Shown: positions 17,465 through 27,513, counted from the first letter of the stretch. The stretch is 64,000 bases of DNA from an uncultured Solirubrobacteraceae bacterium (GCA_964588985.1 CAZPQW010000003.1:64001-128000); one strand, 5' to 3'. Made by a program: numbers and translations. The notes: a model not told the origin generated them from the letters alone.

Positions 17465-20400
17465 ATGCGCCGGCTCGTCATGGTCCTGGCCGCCCTAGCG
17501 GTTTCAGCGGTGATCGCTCCCGCGACCGCCGGCGCCGAAACGATCACGCTCGGCAACAGCCTCGCCGGCTCGGAAGTGACACTCGGGCTCTGCTTCGGCG
17601 AATGCACCGCCTTCCAGAAGGCAGAAGCGGGAACGGCCGTCATATCGCCGGTGAACGGCAAGGTCACGTCCTGGAGCTATCGCTCGGGCGACGTCAACGC
17701 GAAATACAGGTTGGAGATCCTGCACCCCACCGGCGGGGGCAGCTACGCGTTGAGCGGAGAGAGCCCGCCGATCACGGTCGAAGACAACGAACAGGCCGCC
17801 ATCCAGCACGTGACCCTCTCGACTCCGCTCGCGATCGCCGCGGGCGACAGCGTCGGACTGCACACCGAAAACGCTCCCGACGGCGTGCCGACCTCAGGCG
17901 TGAACAACGCCGGCGACGAATGGGGCGAAATCTCCCCGGACGCGCCCGGGAAAGCCAGCTTCTCCACCCAGCAGCAGATCCTCGTGCAGGCCACGATCTC
18001 GACGACCCCAACGTCCGAAGGCGGGGGCGGGGGAGGCGGCGGTGGCACGAGCGGGGGAGGCAGCGAACCTCCGGCGCCCCCGGTCCCGCACCTCGCCCAG
18101 GAAAGCGTCGCTCCCAAAGCGGGCCCCAGCCTGCTGCTGAGCGCCGCCGCGACCCAACTGCCGGCCGGAACGACCGCCGCCTCCTACACCTACCAGCTCG
18201 GCAGCGGCGGAGCGCCGATCCAATGTCCCGGCCAGGACCCGGTGCTCGACACGCTCGTCGCGAACACCGTCAGCACCACAGCCACCGTCACCGTCACCAC
18301 CTCGGCCGGCGGTACAGCGAGCACGAGCATCCCCGTCTCCACATCTCTCGGCGCTCTCTCCAAACTGAGGGTCGGGACCAGCTTCGCGAAAGCCGCCCGC
18401 GCTCACGCGGCGAGCGTCACGCTCGGACAGGTGCAGGCGCTGAGCTCTGAGTGCCTGCCCAGCACCGGCAACCCAGCGCAGCCGGGCCCCTCGCAGTCGG
18501 TGAGGAAAGTGCCGTTCGGCGAAAGCGCACCCACGATCGCGGGCTCGGCGGTCGCCAAAGTGGGGTGCTTCGACACCGTCAACGTGGGGATCGTCCAGGG
18601 CGTCGGCTGCTTCACCAAAGTCGACGCCGAACACCCGCTCCCAGCCAGCGAGGACGGCTTCATCTGCAAGCACTTCCGCTACAGCTGCGTGCTGGAACGC
18701 CTCCGCGAGCCGCCGCCCACGATCTTCATACCGGAAGGCGCCGGCGCCGCTCGTGTCGCGGCCAGCCCCGCCGAACTGGGCTACGACGGCGTCTACTTCT
18801 CAACCCAGCCGGTGCGCATCGACGGAGTGGAGATCGACCCGGTCAACGGCGGCGCGATCGTGCTCGCGCGCGCCGGACTCGTGCAGACCAGCTTCCTCAA
18901 GAAGGACTCCGCCTACCTCTACAGCTCCGACGCGGTCGTGAAGGTCGCCGGCATCCCCGTCAGCCTGCACGTGCCCGACTACTCCACGGCATACGGCAAC
19001 GCCAAGGGCGCCGTGGAATGCGCAAAGAAGACCGGCGAAGCGATCTCCGCGAACGAACTCGGCGCGGCCAACTGCCTCGGCTCGGTGAAAATCCCGAGCC
19101 TGGCCCAGGCCCAGAGCCTGATTCCCTCCACCGACGGGCCGATCGACCTGTCGGTGAGCCCCGAGGATCTCGGCATCGAGCTCGGCGAATTCACCATCCC
19201 GAGCGGCGTGCTGCCGATCCCCGCGATCCCCGAACTGCCGCTCAGCGGGTCGATCAAGGTCAACCTCACCGGCGTGGAATCCGCGTCGCTCGCCGTCCAC
19301 CTGGAGCTTCCCGGCGTGCTCAGCGACGGCAACGGCCACGGCCTCACCGGCGACACCACGCTCGAACTGAGCAACCGCCACGGGCTGGAACTGAACTACC
19401 TGCACATCAAGGTCCCGAGCCTCGCGCAGCTCGGGCTCTCGCGGTTGAAGAACCTCGAGTTCACCTACAGCAGGCCCACGTCGCTGTTCGAAGGCAAGGG
19501 CACACTCGACCTCAACGACGCGATCAACGGCGAAATCAACGTCGCGCTCACCTTCCAGCACGGCTCGTTCCAGCACGCGCACGTCGACTACACCGCGCCC
19601 TCCGGCGGCGGCTATCCGCTGTTCGGCCCCGTCTTCCTCACCTACGTCGGCGCCGACCTCACGCTCAACCCGACGAAGTTCGTCGGGCAGGCCAACCTCG
19701 GGATCGGCCCCGCGGTGATCGCCAGATGCGCCGCCTTCGGGGTGCAGGGCACGATCACGCTCGTGTTCGGCAACCCGTTCACGATCGACGAGCAGGGCAA
19801 CGAGCAGGCGCTGTGCGCCGACCTCGGCTACAGCCAGAGCTTCCACGCAGACAGCGACGGGCACGTCGGCTTCGGCCTCGGCGTCAACTACCCGATTCCG
19901 GGTCTCGGCAGCGTCGGCGGCCAGCTCTACGGCCAGGCCTACGCGGACCTCAACCGCAACGTGTACGAGGCGCAACTCGACGGCCAGGTGCAGGCCAACT
20001 TCGGCGTGAAGGAGTGCGTCTCGGTTGGTCCGTTCGAAGACTGCACGCCGAACGTCAACTTCTCGGCGGGCGCCACCGCCACGATCTCCCTCGGAGACCA
20101 GAACGGCAAGGCGGTCGGCGGGGCGGGCGTGTGCGTCCACTACAACTTCCCCGTGCTCGGCGGCTTCGACGTGGGAGCCGGCACCAACGACCTGCCGGGC
20201 GCGATCGCGAACTTCGCCACCTACAACCTCCCCGCGCTCGCCTCGCGCTTCCAGATCCTGCTGAGCAACTGCAACCTCACCCCGTTCCGGCTGCTGCCCC
20301 CGCCCGCCGGCATCTCGCGAGCGCGCGCGCATGGCGCCCAGGCCGCATACACCGTCCACGTGGCACCCGGAACAGGGGAGGAGGTCATCGGCCTGCAGGG

Positions 20401-21175
20401 ATCCGGGGGCGCACCGCAGGTGACCATCAGCGGTCCCGGCGGGCAGCAGCTGCAGACCACCGGCGAAGGCGTGAACGTCAACAAGTACGGCCTCTACGTC
20501 CGCCAGCCCTCGACAGGGCAGACGCTGATCGAGATCCCGCACGCGAACGCGGGCAGCTGGACGGTTCAGCCCGCGCCTGGCTCGCCGGCACTCGCCTCCG
20601 TGCAGGTCGCCAAGCAGCTGCCCGAACCGAAGATCACAGCGCGTGTAGGTGGCAGGAGCGCGAAGCGGGTGCTCAGCTACTCGTTCAAGCCCCAGCCCGG
20701 GCTCACGGTGAAGTTCCTCGAAGGAGTCGACCATGGCGCGAGCCCGATCGGCGCCGCGCGCGGATCGCACGGGCGAATCCGCTTCGTCCCGTCGCTCGGC
20801 TCGAGCGCGCCGCGCACGATCGTCGCCGAGCTCATCCGCGGAGGGCGGTTGGCGAGCAGCAAGGTCGTGGGCCGCTTCTCGCCGGGGAGGATCCGTCCCG
20901 GTCGCCCGTCTCACATCGCGGCGCGTCACGTCCACGGCGGTTGGAGAATCTCCTTCACCCCGGGCGCCAACACCACCGAGCACCAGATCACGATCCGCTT
21001 CGCCGACGGCGTTCAGGTGCTGCTCGACGCTCCGCGCGGACGTCGCGTGGTGACGGTCTCGAGCACGGTCGACCGCACGCGTCCCACGGCGATCCAGGTG
21101 GTGGGGCTGCGCGGCGCGACCCGAGGACCGGCGGCTACGCTGGTCGCACGCATCACCCGCCGCAGGCATCGCTGA
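17465..21175 (+). CDS. large secreted multidomain beta-rich protein
   Basis: Signal peptide MRRLVMVLAALAVSAVIAPATAGA; Gly/Pro linker; basic C-terminal Ig-like domains. Confidence 0.8.
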   Translation: MRRLVMVLAALAVSAVIAPATAGAETITLGNSLAGSEVTLGLCFGECTAFQKAEAGTAVISPVNGKVTSWSYRSGDVNAKYRLEILHPTGGGSYALSGESPPITVEDNEQAAIQHVTLSTPLAIAAGDSVGLHTENAPDGVPTSGVNNAGDEWGEISPDAPGKASFSTQQQILVQATISTTPTSEGGGGGGGGGTSGGGSEPPAPPVPHLAQESVAPKAGPSLLLSAAATQLPAGTTAASYTYQLGSGGAPIQCPGQDPVLDTLVANTVSTTATVTVTTSAGGTASTSIPVSTSLGALSKLRVGTSFAKAARAHAASVTLGQVQALSSECLPSTGNPAQPGPSQSVRKVPFGESAPTIAGSAVAKVGCFDTVNVGIVQGVGCFTKVDAEHPLPASEDGFICKHFRYSCVLERLREPPPTIFIPEGAGAARVAASPAELGYDGVYFSTQPVRIDGVEIDPVNGGAIVLARAGLVQTSFLKKDSAYLYSSDAVVKVAGIPVSLHVPDYSTAYGNAKGAVECAKKTGEAISANELGAANCLGSVKIPSLAQAQSLIPSTDGPIDLSVSPEDLGIELGEFTIPSGVLPIPAIPELPLSGSIKVNLTGVESASLAVHLELPGVLSDGNGHGLTGDTTLELSNRHGLELNYLHIKVPSLAQLGLSRLKNLEFTYSRPTSLFEGKGTLDLNDAINGEINVALTFQHGSFQHAHVDYTAPSGGGYPLFGPVFLTYVGADLTLNPTKFVGQANLGIGPAVIARCAAFGVQGTITLVFGNPFTIDEQGNEQALCADLGYSQSFHADSDGHVGFGLGVNYPIPGLGSVGGQLYGQAYADLNRNVYEAQLDGQVQANFGVKECVSVGPFEDCTPNVNFSAGATATISLGDQNGKAVGGAGVCVHYNFPVLGGFDVGAGTNDLPGAIANFATYNLPALASRFQILLSNCNLTPFRLLPPPAGISRARAHGAQAAYTVHVAPGTGEEVIGLQGSGGAPQVTISGPGGQQLQTTGEGVNVNKYGLYVRQPSTGQTLIEIPHANAGSWTVQPAPGSPALASVQVAKQLPEPKITARVGGRSAKRVLSYSFKPQPGLTVKFLEGVDHGASPIGAARGSHGRIRFVPSLGSSAPRTIVAELIRGGRLASSKVVGRFSPGRIRPGRPSHIAARHVHGGWRISFTPGANTTEHQITIRFADGVQVLLDAPRGRRVVTVSSTVDRTRPTAIQVVGLRGATRGPAATLVARITRRRHR

Positions 21176-21210
21176 GCGGCGGGTCGCGCTCGGCTACCCT
21201 CCCAGGTGTC

Positions 21211-21873
21211 GTGAAAGCCAATCTCACAGCCGCCGAGACGCGTGTGCTGGGGTGCCTGCTGGAAAAGCAGCGCACCACCCCCGACGTCTACCCGCTGTCG
21301 CTGAACTCGCTGCGGCTGGCGTGCAACCAGTCCACCAACCGCGACCCGGTGGTCGACTACGACGAGGCCACGATCCGTGACGCGCTGCACCGCTTGGAGC
21401 GCAAGGGCCTCACGCGTCTGGCGAGCGGCAACCGCGCCGCCAAGTACAGGCACCTGCTCGCCGAAGCGCTGCCGATGAACTCCGCCGAGCAGGCGGTCGT
21501 GTGCGTGCTGATGCTGCGCGGACCGCAGACCCCGGGCGAGCTCAAGCAGCGCAGCGAGCGGATGCACGCGTTCTCCGACCTAGCCGCGGTGCACGCCACG
21601 CTCGACGAGCTGATCGAGCGCGAGCTCGTCGCGCGCCTGGAGCGCCGCCCCGGCCACAAGGAGGAGCGCTACGCCCAGCTGCTGCAGGCCGACGCCGAGG
21701 ACGAGCCGGCTCCTCCAGCCCACGCACCCGCCACTGAGCACAGGCCCACGTTCACCGCCGGCGCCTCGCCCAGCGATCTGGAGGCTCTGCGTGAGCGCGT
21801 CGAGCGGCTCGAGCGGGAGGTCGCCGAGCTGCGAGCCGCCGTCCGCGCGCCGGTCCACGAGGTTCAGCTTTGA
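21211..21873 (+). CDS. YceH/DUF480 family protein
   Basis: RVLGCLLEKQRTTPDVYPLSLNSL..ACNQSTNRDP; LRGPQTPGEL. Confidence 0.9.
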   Translation: MKANLTAAETRVLGCLLEKQRTTPDVYPLSLNSLRLACNQSTNRDPVVDYDEATIRDALHRLERKGLTRLASGNRAAKYRHLLAEALPMNSAEQAVVCVLMLRGPQTPGELKQRSERMHAFSDLAAVHATLDELIERELVARLERRPGHKEERYAQLLQADAEDEPAPPAHAPATEHRPTFTAGASPSDLEALRERVERLEREVAELRAAVRAPVHEVQL

Positions 21874-22640
21874 TGCCTCTCCACGCGGTTCTCGCCTCCT
21901 CCGACACCGCCACGGGGGTCGGCATCCCGCTCGCGCTGGCGGCGGGACTGGTGTCGTTCCTCTCGCCGTGCGTCCTGCCGCTCGTCCCCGGCTACCTGTC
22001 CACGGTGATCGGGGTGACGCCCGCGGACCTCAAGGGCGGGGTGGGAGCACGGCGGGTGCTCGTGCCGAGCCTGCTGTTCATCGCGAGCTTCTCCTCGATC
22101 TTCATCCTGCTCGGGATGAGCGCCACGGTGATCGGATCGAGCCTCAACGCGCATAAACACCTGCTCGAGCAGGCCGGGGGAGTGGTGATCATCCTGATGG
22201 GGCTGATCTTCCTGTCGACCCCGTTCATCGCGATGTTCAACCGCGAGTGGCACTCCGAGAAGCTGTTGCGCCTAGCCGGCCGCGGCGGCCCGGTCGTCGC
22301 CGGAGCCGCGTTCGCGATCGCGTGGACGCCGTGCACGAGCATCACGCTCGGCGCGATCCTCACGCAGGCCGCGATCTCCAGCTCCGCCGCGCACGGCGCG
22401 CTGCTGCTCGCCTTCTACTCCGCCGGCCTCGCGATCCCGTTCCTCCTGATCGCGCTCGCGTTCGAGCGTATGACGTCCGCGCTGGTCGTCGTCAAGCGCC
22501 ACTTCCCGGTGATCATCGGGGTGGGCGGCGCGGTGATGATCGTGCTCGGGGTGCTGATCCTCACGGGCGAGTTCACGATCCTCAACGCCAAGGCCAATGC
22601 TTTGCTGCAGGGGACCGGGCTGGACGTGTCGAGCGTCTGA
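21870..22640 (+). CDS. ccdA: cytochrome c biogenesis protein CcdA
   Basis: AGLVSFLSPCVLPLVPGYL and WTPC motifs. Confidence 0.9.
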   Translation: MMPLHAVLASSDTATGVGIPLALAAGLVSFLSPCVLPLVPGYLSTVIGVTPADLKGGVGARRVLVPSLLFIASFSSIFILLGMSATVIGSSLNAHKHLLEQAGGVVIILMGLIFLSTPFIAMFNREWHSEKLLRLAGRGGPVVAGAAFAIAWTPCTSITLGAILTQAAISSSAAHGALLLAFYSAGLAIPFLLIALAFERMTSALVVVKRHFPVIIGVGGAVMIVLGVLILTGEFTILNAKANALLQGTGLDVSSV

Positions 22641-23260
22641 TGCGAGACGTGTCGGCGTGGCTTGGCAAGCGGGTCAGCTACGCGAACGTCGTGGCGAGCA
22701 TCGCGCTGTTCGTCAGCCTTGGAGGTGTGTCGTATGCGGCCTTCTCGCTGCCGACGCACAGCGTTGGCGCTCGCGCCCTCCAGCAGGGCGCGGTTGGGAC
22801 AACGGCGCTGGGCTTTCCCCTCGGCGCGAAGCTCGCTACCAACTTCACCGCTGCCGATTTGGGCAAAGGGGGGTGCAACGGCGGAGGCCGACCTGGAGAA
22901 ATTCCACCCCCGTGCCCACCGCCCGGCCCATTCGGTGGACCGTCGGCGACACACCTGCGAATCGACGCGCGTCATCCCGGACACCTGCTCATATCGGTGA
23001 TCGCGGGCATCGAAAACAGGGGCGCCGCTGATACGCATGCTGAAGTCTCCTACGCAGTGATCCTCGACGAACGTGCGGTGGCTCACGGCGAGATCACCGT
23101 AGCCGGTACTCAACGGGAGCAGACGCCGATCCAGGCGCTCGTGCACGTTGCGGCTGGTGCGCACACGGTGGGCTTTCAAGCCAGGGCCGAGTACTTCGGC
23201 TACGGGCCGGGTGACGTCGTCGTCTCACCCGTCTCGCTTGCGGCGCTCTCGCTTCCGTAG
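22640..23260 (+). CDS. hypothetical secreted protein
   Basis: N-terminus SYANVVASIALFVSLGGVSYAA signal-like segment; TGATG overlap with ccdA. Confidence 0.65.
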   Translation: MRDVSAWLGKRVSYANVVASIALFVSLGGVSYAAFSLPTHSVGARALQQGAVGTTALGFPLGAKLATNFTAADLGKGGCNGGGRPGEIPPPCPPPGPFGGPSATHLRIDARHPGHLLISVIAGIENRGAADTHAEVSYAVILDERAVAHGEITVAGTQREQTPIQALVHVAAGAHTVGFQARAEYFGYGPGDVVVSPVSLAALSLP

Positions 23261-23280
23261 CCCACCCGTAGACTGATCTG

Positions 23281-24120
23281 GTGCAGTTCCGCACCGTCTC
23301 GCACGAGCAGCAGCGTTTCGTTATCTCTCAGGCCGGAGAGGGCCCGGACATCGTGCTGTGGCACGGCTTCCCCGACACGCCGTACTCATGGTCGGAGATC
23401 CAAGAGGCGCTCGTCGACGAGGGCTGGCGCGTGACGGTTCCGTGGCTGCGCGGTTATCACCCCGACACGATCGTCCCCGGCCGCGACTACAAGCCGGAGA
23501 CGCTCGGCCGCGACGCGCTGGGGCTGCTGGACGCGATCGGCGTGCGGCGCGCGGTGCTGTTCGGCCACGACTGGGGCGCGCTGCTCACATACGTAGCTGC
23601 CGCGCTCCAGCCAGACCGTGTTCGCGCGATCGTGACCTCCGGGATCCCGCACCCGAGCGTCCTGCGGCGCACGCCCCAGGCGATGTGGTCGGTGCGCCAC
23701 TTCCTCGGGCTGAAGCTGCCGTGGGCCACCTGGAGCTGCAGACGCGACGACTTCGCGTATCTCGACCGCCTCTACCGCCGCTGGTCGCCGGACTGGTCGG
23801 GCCCCGAGCGCGAGGAGGCGCTGCGCCGGGCGCAGGAGGCGCTCGCCTCGTCGGTGACCCTCGATGCCTCGATCGACTACTACCGCGACCTACCGCTCGC
23901 CGGAGCGCCCGTGCTCGAGCGCGTCGGCGCCGTGCCTGGGCTGATCGTCGGCGGCGACCACACGCTCGGCGAACGGGAGCTCTACGGTCGCACCGCCGAT
24001 CTGCTTCCGGCCCCGAGCCGGGCGCTGATGGTGGATGGGGCGGGGCACTGGCCGCACCGCGAGAAAGCCGCCGTCGTCATCCCTGAGCTGCTGCGATATC
24101 TCGCTGAAGTTCCCGCATAG
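23281..24120 (+). CDS. alpha/beta hydrolase, epoxide hydrolase-like
   Basis: HGFPD, LRGY, GHDWGA, GAGHWP. Confidence 0.9.
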   Translation: MQFRTVSHEQQRFVISQAGEGPDIVLWHGFPDTPYSWSEIQEALVDEGWRVTVPWLRGYHPDTIVPGRDYKPETLGRDALGLLDAIGVRRAVLFGHDWGALLTYVAAALQPDRVRAIVTSGIPHPSVLRRTPQAMWSVRHFLGLKLPWATWSCRRDDFAYLDRLYRRWSPDWSGPEREEALRRAQEALASSVTLDASIDYYRDLPLAGAPVLERVGAVPGLIVGGDHTLGERELYGRTADLLPAPSRALMVDGAGHWPHREKAAVVIPELLRYLAEVPA

Positions 24121-24265
24121 CGAGCCACGGGCTGCTCCGCGCGCGTCGCATCAACGTGGCTTACGCCGCGAGGCCGCTACGTCGCCCAAGGCCGGTCGCG
24201 TCGAGGACGCGCTGGCTGGCCTTGCATGCATCATCGAGGGTTAGTAAGATGTTATCTTACACACT

Positions 24266-24499
24266 ATGCGTACCACCATCTCGACAAAGGGCCAGATCGT
24301 TCTCCCGGCGGAGCTTCGTGCTGCAGATGACATCAAAGCGGGAGAGGAGTTCGAGGTCGACCGAGTCGGCCCTGATGAGTACCGGCTCACCCGGCTAACA
24401 CCGCCGCCGAACCGCGGCTTGGTGGACTGGCTGCGGTCGTGTCCGGAGGAGGGTTGGTTCGTAGAGATCGAGTCGGAGTCGACGGACTCGCTTAGCTGA
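24266..24499 (+). CDS. AbrB/MazE family antitoxin
   Basis: TISTKGQIVLPAELR motif upstream of a PIN toxin. Confidence 0.85.
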   Translation: MRTTISTKGQIVLPAELRAADDIKAGEEFEVDRVGPDEYRLTRLTPPPNRGLVDWLRSCPEEGWFVEIESESTDSLS

Positions 24500-24504
24500 T
24501 CGCA

Positions 24505-24927
24505 TTGGCGCGCTTTCTGCTTGACGCGAACGTCCTCTCGGAGGCGACCAAGCCCGCCCCAGACGAGCGTGTTGTCGAGTGGCTTGGGCACAACGAGCCC
24601 GAGGTCGCCGTCGATCCGATCATCCTGGGGGAGATCCGTTTCGGCATCCTGCTGCTTCCGCGCGGTCGTCGCCGAAGCCGACTGGAGCGCTGGTTCGAGG
24701 ACGGAGTGCAGACGGTGCAGTGCATCCCGTGGGAGGCCTCGACGGGTCTGCGTTGGGCCGAGTTGCTCGCGACACTTCGCGCAGCGGGGCGCGCGATGCC
24801 GGTCAAGGACAGCCTTATCGCTGCGACCGCACTGGCTCACGATCTGGCGATTGTGACCCTAAACCGACGCGACTTCGATGCTGCAGGCGTGGTTATCGTC
24901 GATCCGGCGGTCGAACCCGGCCGCTGA
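24505..24927 (+). CDS. vapC: VapC PIN-domain toxin
   Basis: LLDANVLSE, DSLIAATA, VTLNRRDF. Confidence 0.9.
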   Translation: MARFLLDANVLSEATKPAPDERVVEWLGHNEPEVAVDPIILGEIRFGILLLPRGRRRSRLERWFEDGVQTVQCIPWEASTGLRWAELLATLRAAGRAMPVKDSLIAATALAHDLAIVTLNRRDFDAAGVVIVDPAVEPGR

Positions 24928-24961
24928 CACTTCCTCTACCACTGGCCTCGCTCGCTTCCTG

Positions 24962-25231
24962 TCAGGCCGCGAACCGCTGCGCGATGCGTTCGCGGTGCTT
25001 GGCCGCCTCGACCTCACGGTCCTTCGGCGGCTGCGATGTCACCAGATCGTCCAGCAGCCTCGCCGATATCGCCGCGATGTCCGCGACCGCACGGTCAAAG
25101 GCATCGGTGTTCGCCTGTGACGGTTTGGTGAAGCCGCTGATCTTGCGCACGTACTGCAGCGAAGCGGCCTGCACCTCATCGTCGGTGGCGGGCGGCTCGA
25201 AGTTGTAGAGCGTTCGGATGTTTCTGCACAT
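24962..25231 (-). CDS. DUF2277 family protein
   Basis: MCRNIRTLYNFEPPAT..AASLQYVRKISG. Confidence 0.9.
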   Translation of the reverse strand: MCRNIRTLYNFEPPATDDEVQAASLQYVRKISGFTKPSQANTDAFDRAVADIAAISARLLDDLVTSQPPKDREVEAAKHRERIAQRFAA

Positions 25232-25273
25232 GGAGCAGAGGTTAGCCGAGCGGAGACAGGCTGGGATCAGGCG

Positions 25274-25450
25274 CTAGTCGGAGAGTCCGAAAAGCTTGTC
25301 CTCCTCGTCCCATTCGGCGTACATCTCGTCCAGTTCCTCCTCGCTGAACTCGAAGTCATCGGACACCCAAATCTGGCTCGCCATTGAGCCGAATCCGGCG
25401 AGAAACCTCTCGCCTGGTGTCGTCTTGTCCTCGGTCACATTGACACTCAT
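25274..25450 (-). CDS. 58-aa acidic protein, antitoxin-tail-like
   Basis: Read by hand (below ORF-track cutoff): MSVNVTEDKTTPGERFLAGFGSMASQIWVSDDFEFSEEELDEMYAEWDEEDKLFGLSD. Confidence 0.55.
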   Translation of the reverse strand: MSVNVTEDKTTPGERFLAGFGSMASQIWVSDDFEFSEEELDEMYAEWDEEDKLFGLSD

Positions 25451-25506
25451 GAGGAATTAAACGGTAACAGCTATCTCCGACAGCTGTCTGCGCATGGGAC
25501 GCCCCG

Positions 25507-25548
25507 AAAAACACGACAGCCCCGGATGGGAGGTCCCAGCCGGGGCTG
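25507..25548 (-). terminator. intrinsic terminator of the sigma factor gene
   Basis: CAGCCCCGG...CCGGGGCTG stem followed by a T-rich run on the minus strand. Confidence 0.7.
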
Positions 25549-25580
25549 CGCGATCAACGGGTGATCTGTGGTGCTTGGCT

Positions 25581-26558
25581 CTACGCGGCCTCGCGCAGCG
25601 CCGCCAGCTCAGGCGACTCGGCGAGCTTCTTCAGCGCCCGCTGCTCGAGCTGTGAGGCCCGCTCCGCGGAGAACCCGAGTCGCTTGCCGATCGCGGTGAG
25701 CGTCTGAGGCTCCTCGCGGCCGGTGCCGAAGCGCAGGGTGAGCACCTTGCGCTCGGTGTCCGGCAGCTGAGAGATCGCCTCGTGGACGATGCGCTCGCGC
25801 TCGTTGTCCCATGCGGTCTCCTCCGGCACCTCTGCGTCGGAGGGGAGCAGGTCGCCGAGAGCGGTGTCGCCGTCTTCGCCGATCTGCTGGTCGAGGCTCA
25901 CCAAAGCGGCGCGCTGGTGGCGCACCTCTTCGACCTGCTCGATCGGCAGCCCGGTCTCCTCGGCCAGCTCCTCCAGCGTGGGCTCGCGTCCGAGGCGCAC
26001 CGACAGCTCGCGCTCCACGCGGCCGACCTTGCGCGAGCGCTGGGCCACGTGGACGGGCAGGCGGATCGTGCGTCCCGAGTTCTCCAGGCCGCGCTGGATC
26101 GCCTGACGGATCCACAGGGTCGCGTACGTGGAGAAGCGAAAGCCCTTGCGCCAGTCGAACTTCTCGCTCGCGCGGATCAATCCGAGCATGCCCTCCTGGA
26201 CGAGATCGCCGAGCGGCAGGCCCTGGTTCTGGTAGCGCCGCGCGTTGGACGCGACGAGACGCAGGTTGGAGTTGACGAGCAGTTCCTTCGCGTGCAGGTC
26301 GCCGCGCTCGATCCGCTTGGCCAGGTCGATCTCCTGGGCGGGTGTGAGCAGGGGGTAGCGGCGCGAGTGCGCGAGCAGCTGGTCGACCGCCTCGGGGATG
26401 AACGTGTCGCTGGTTGCGAGGTCGAGGCGCTCGATCGGGCTGTCGAGCCGGTCGGGTGCGACGGCGGGGGCGTCGTTGGTGGTCTCGGCCTCGAGCTCCG
26501 GGTCCTGCACGGGAGCGGTCGGGTCGAGCGTTAGAGTGGGGGTTGCTGTGTCTGACAT
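25581..26558 (-). CDS. RpoD-like (group 2-type) sigma-70 factor lacking region 1.1
   Basis: NLRLVAS, DLVQEG, KFDWRKGFRFSTYAT, RTIRLPVH, region 4 HTH. Confidence 0.92.
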   Translation of the reverse strand: MSDTATPTLTLDPTAPVQDPELEAETTNDAPAVAPDRLDSPIERLDLATSDTFIPEAVDQLLAHSRRYPLLTPAQEIDLAKRIERGDLHAKELLVNSNLRLVASNARRYQNQGLPLGDLVQEGMLGLIRASEKFDWRKGFRFSTYATLWIRQAIQRGLENSGRTIRLPVHVAQRSRKVGRVERELSVRLGREPTLEELAEETGLPIEQVEEVRHQRAALVSLDQQIGEDGDTALGDLLPSDAEVPEETAWDNERERIVHEAISQLPDTERKVLTLRFGTGREEPQTLTAIGKRLGFSAERASQLEQRALKKLAESPELAALREAA

Positions 26559-26823
26559 GAGGGGTGTCCTTCTAATCCGATGCTTGGAGTCGGAATTATA
26601 CGCCTCGATAGTTGCGTTGTCAATTACCCTGCTTTGAGGCGCTCCTGCGTGGGTCCTTCGACGCTCAATGCGCGTCTCCCTGCGTACTGCGTCAAAAATA
26701 TGGTGCCCGGCTGATCGGCAGATAAAACCGCGCGCGGGGCAAATGGAGCGATCGAGCGGTCCATTGTTGCTATCGACCGCTACGCCCGGGGGCTGAGGCG
26801 CAAACCGGGAAGCTCGGCGAATG

Positions 26824-27234
26824 TCAGGCGCCGGCGAGCAGATCGAGAAAGGCACGTGGCGAGAACACGGGGATTTCCCCCTCGAGAGCGAGAAGGTCTT
26901 TGTCGCCCGATACCAGAGCCGCGCGATGCGCCGATGCGAGGACGATCAGATAGTCATCGTCCGGATCACGCGAGTGCACCGGCGGGTCGGTATCCGGATC
27001 AACGACCATGCTGGCGGTGTCGGCGACCCACCGCACCAGGCCGGCTGCGTCTGACTCGCTGATATGTAGCCGCAGCTTGGGATAGGCAAGCGCTCGCTGA
27101 AGCTCGTCCAGCAGCGCCTGGGAAGCGATGAGCTCAAACTCGCCCCCGGCGAGCGATCGTAGGATGTCAGCCGGGGCGCCTCGTGGCGAGAGCGCGCCGG
27201 AGATGACCACGTTGGGGTCGAGGACCGCCCGCAC
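26824..27234 (-). CDS. PIN-domain putative toxin
   Basis: RAVLDPNVVIS, RDPDDDY, LVSGDKDLL. Confidence 0.9.
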   Translation of the reverse strand: MRAVLDPNVVISGALSPRGAPADILRSLAGGEFELIASQALLDELQRALAYPKLRLHISESDAAGLVRWVADTASMVVDPDTDPPVHSRDPDDDYLIVLASAHRAALVSGDKDLLALEGEIPVFSPRAFLDLLAGA

Positions 27235-27237
27235 CCG

Positions 27238-27474
27238 TCAGCGCCGACGAAGTCTCGTCTGGTGCTGCGCCTCAACGGCAAGCGCGGTGGCGTCGCCCTC
27301 GGAGAGGTCGTTGCGCTCCCATAGGCGCTCGAGTAGATCGAGCCCCAGGTCGCGACGCAGTGAATCCTCGATCACCTGGCTGTCGCCGCGGCCCGTACGG
27401 GCCGCGCGCATCTTCACCGCCCTCATGACCGACTCGTCGAGTGTGAGCGTGGTGCGAACTTTGGACATCATCAC
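27238..27474 (-). CDS. ribbon-helix-helix antitoxin
   Basis: RTTLTLDE...SQVIEDSLR, directly upstream of PIN gene. Confidence 0.8.
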   Translation of the reverse strand: MMMSKVRTTLTLDESVMRAVKMRAARTGRGDSQVIEDSLRRDLGLDLLERLWERNDLSEGDATALAVEAQHQTRLRRR

Positions 27475-27513
27475 CGCACTTTAGCATCGAGATGCGAGAG
27501 CATCAAGATGAAC

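Noticed and set aside
18451-21210. 1140-aa ORF 18451-21873 as a single protein
   Set aside because: Arg-rich shadow frame of the 17465-21175 gene; only the YceH part from 21211 looks real.
26559-26820. Long upstream region of the sigma gene as a riboswitch
   Set aside because: Some hairpin potential but no recognisable conserved aptamer; an Rfam scan would be needed.
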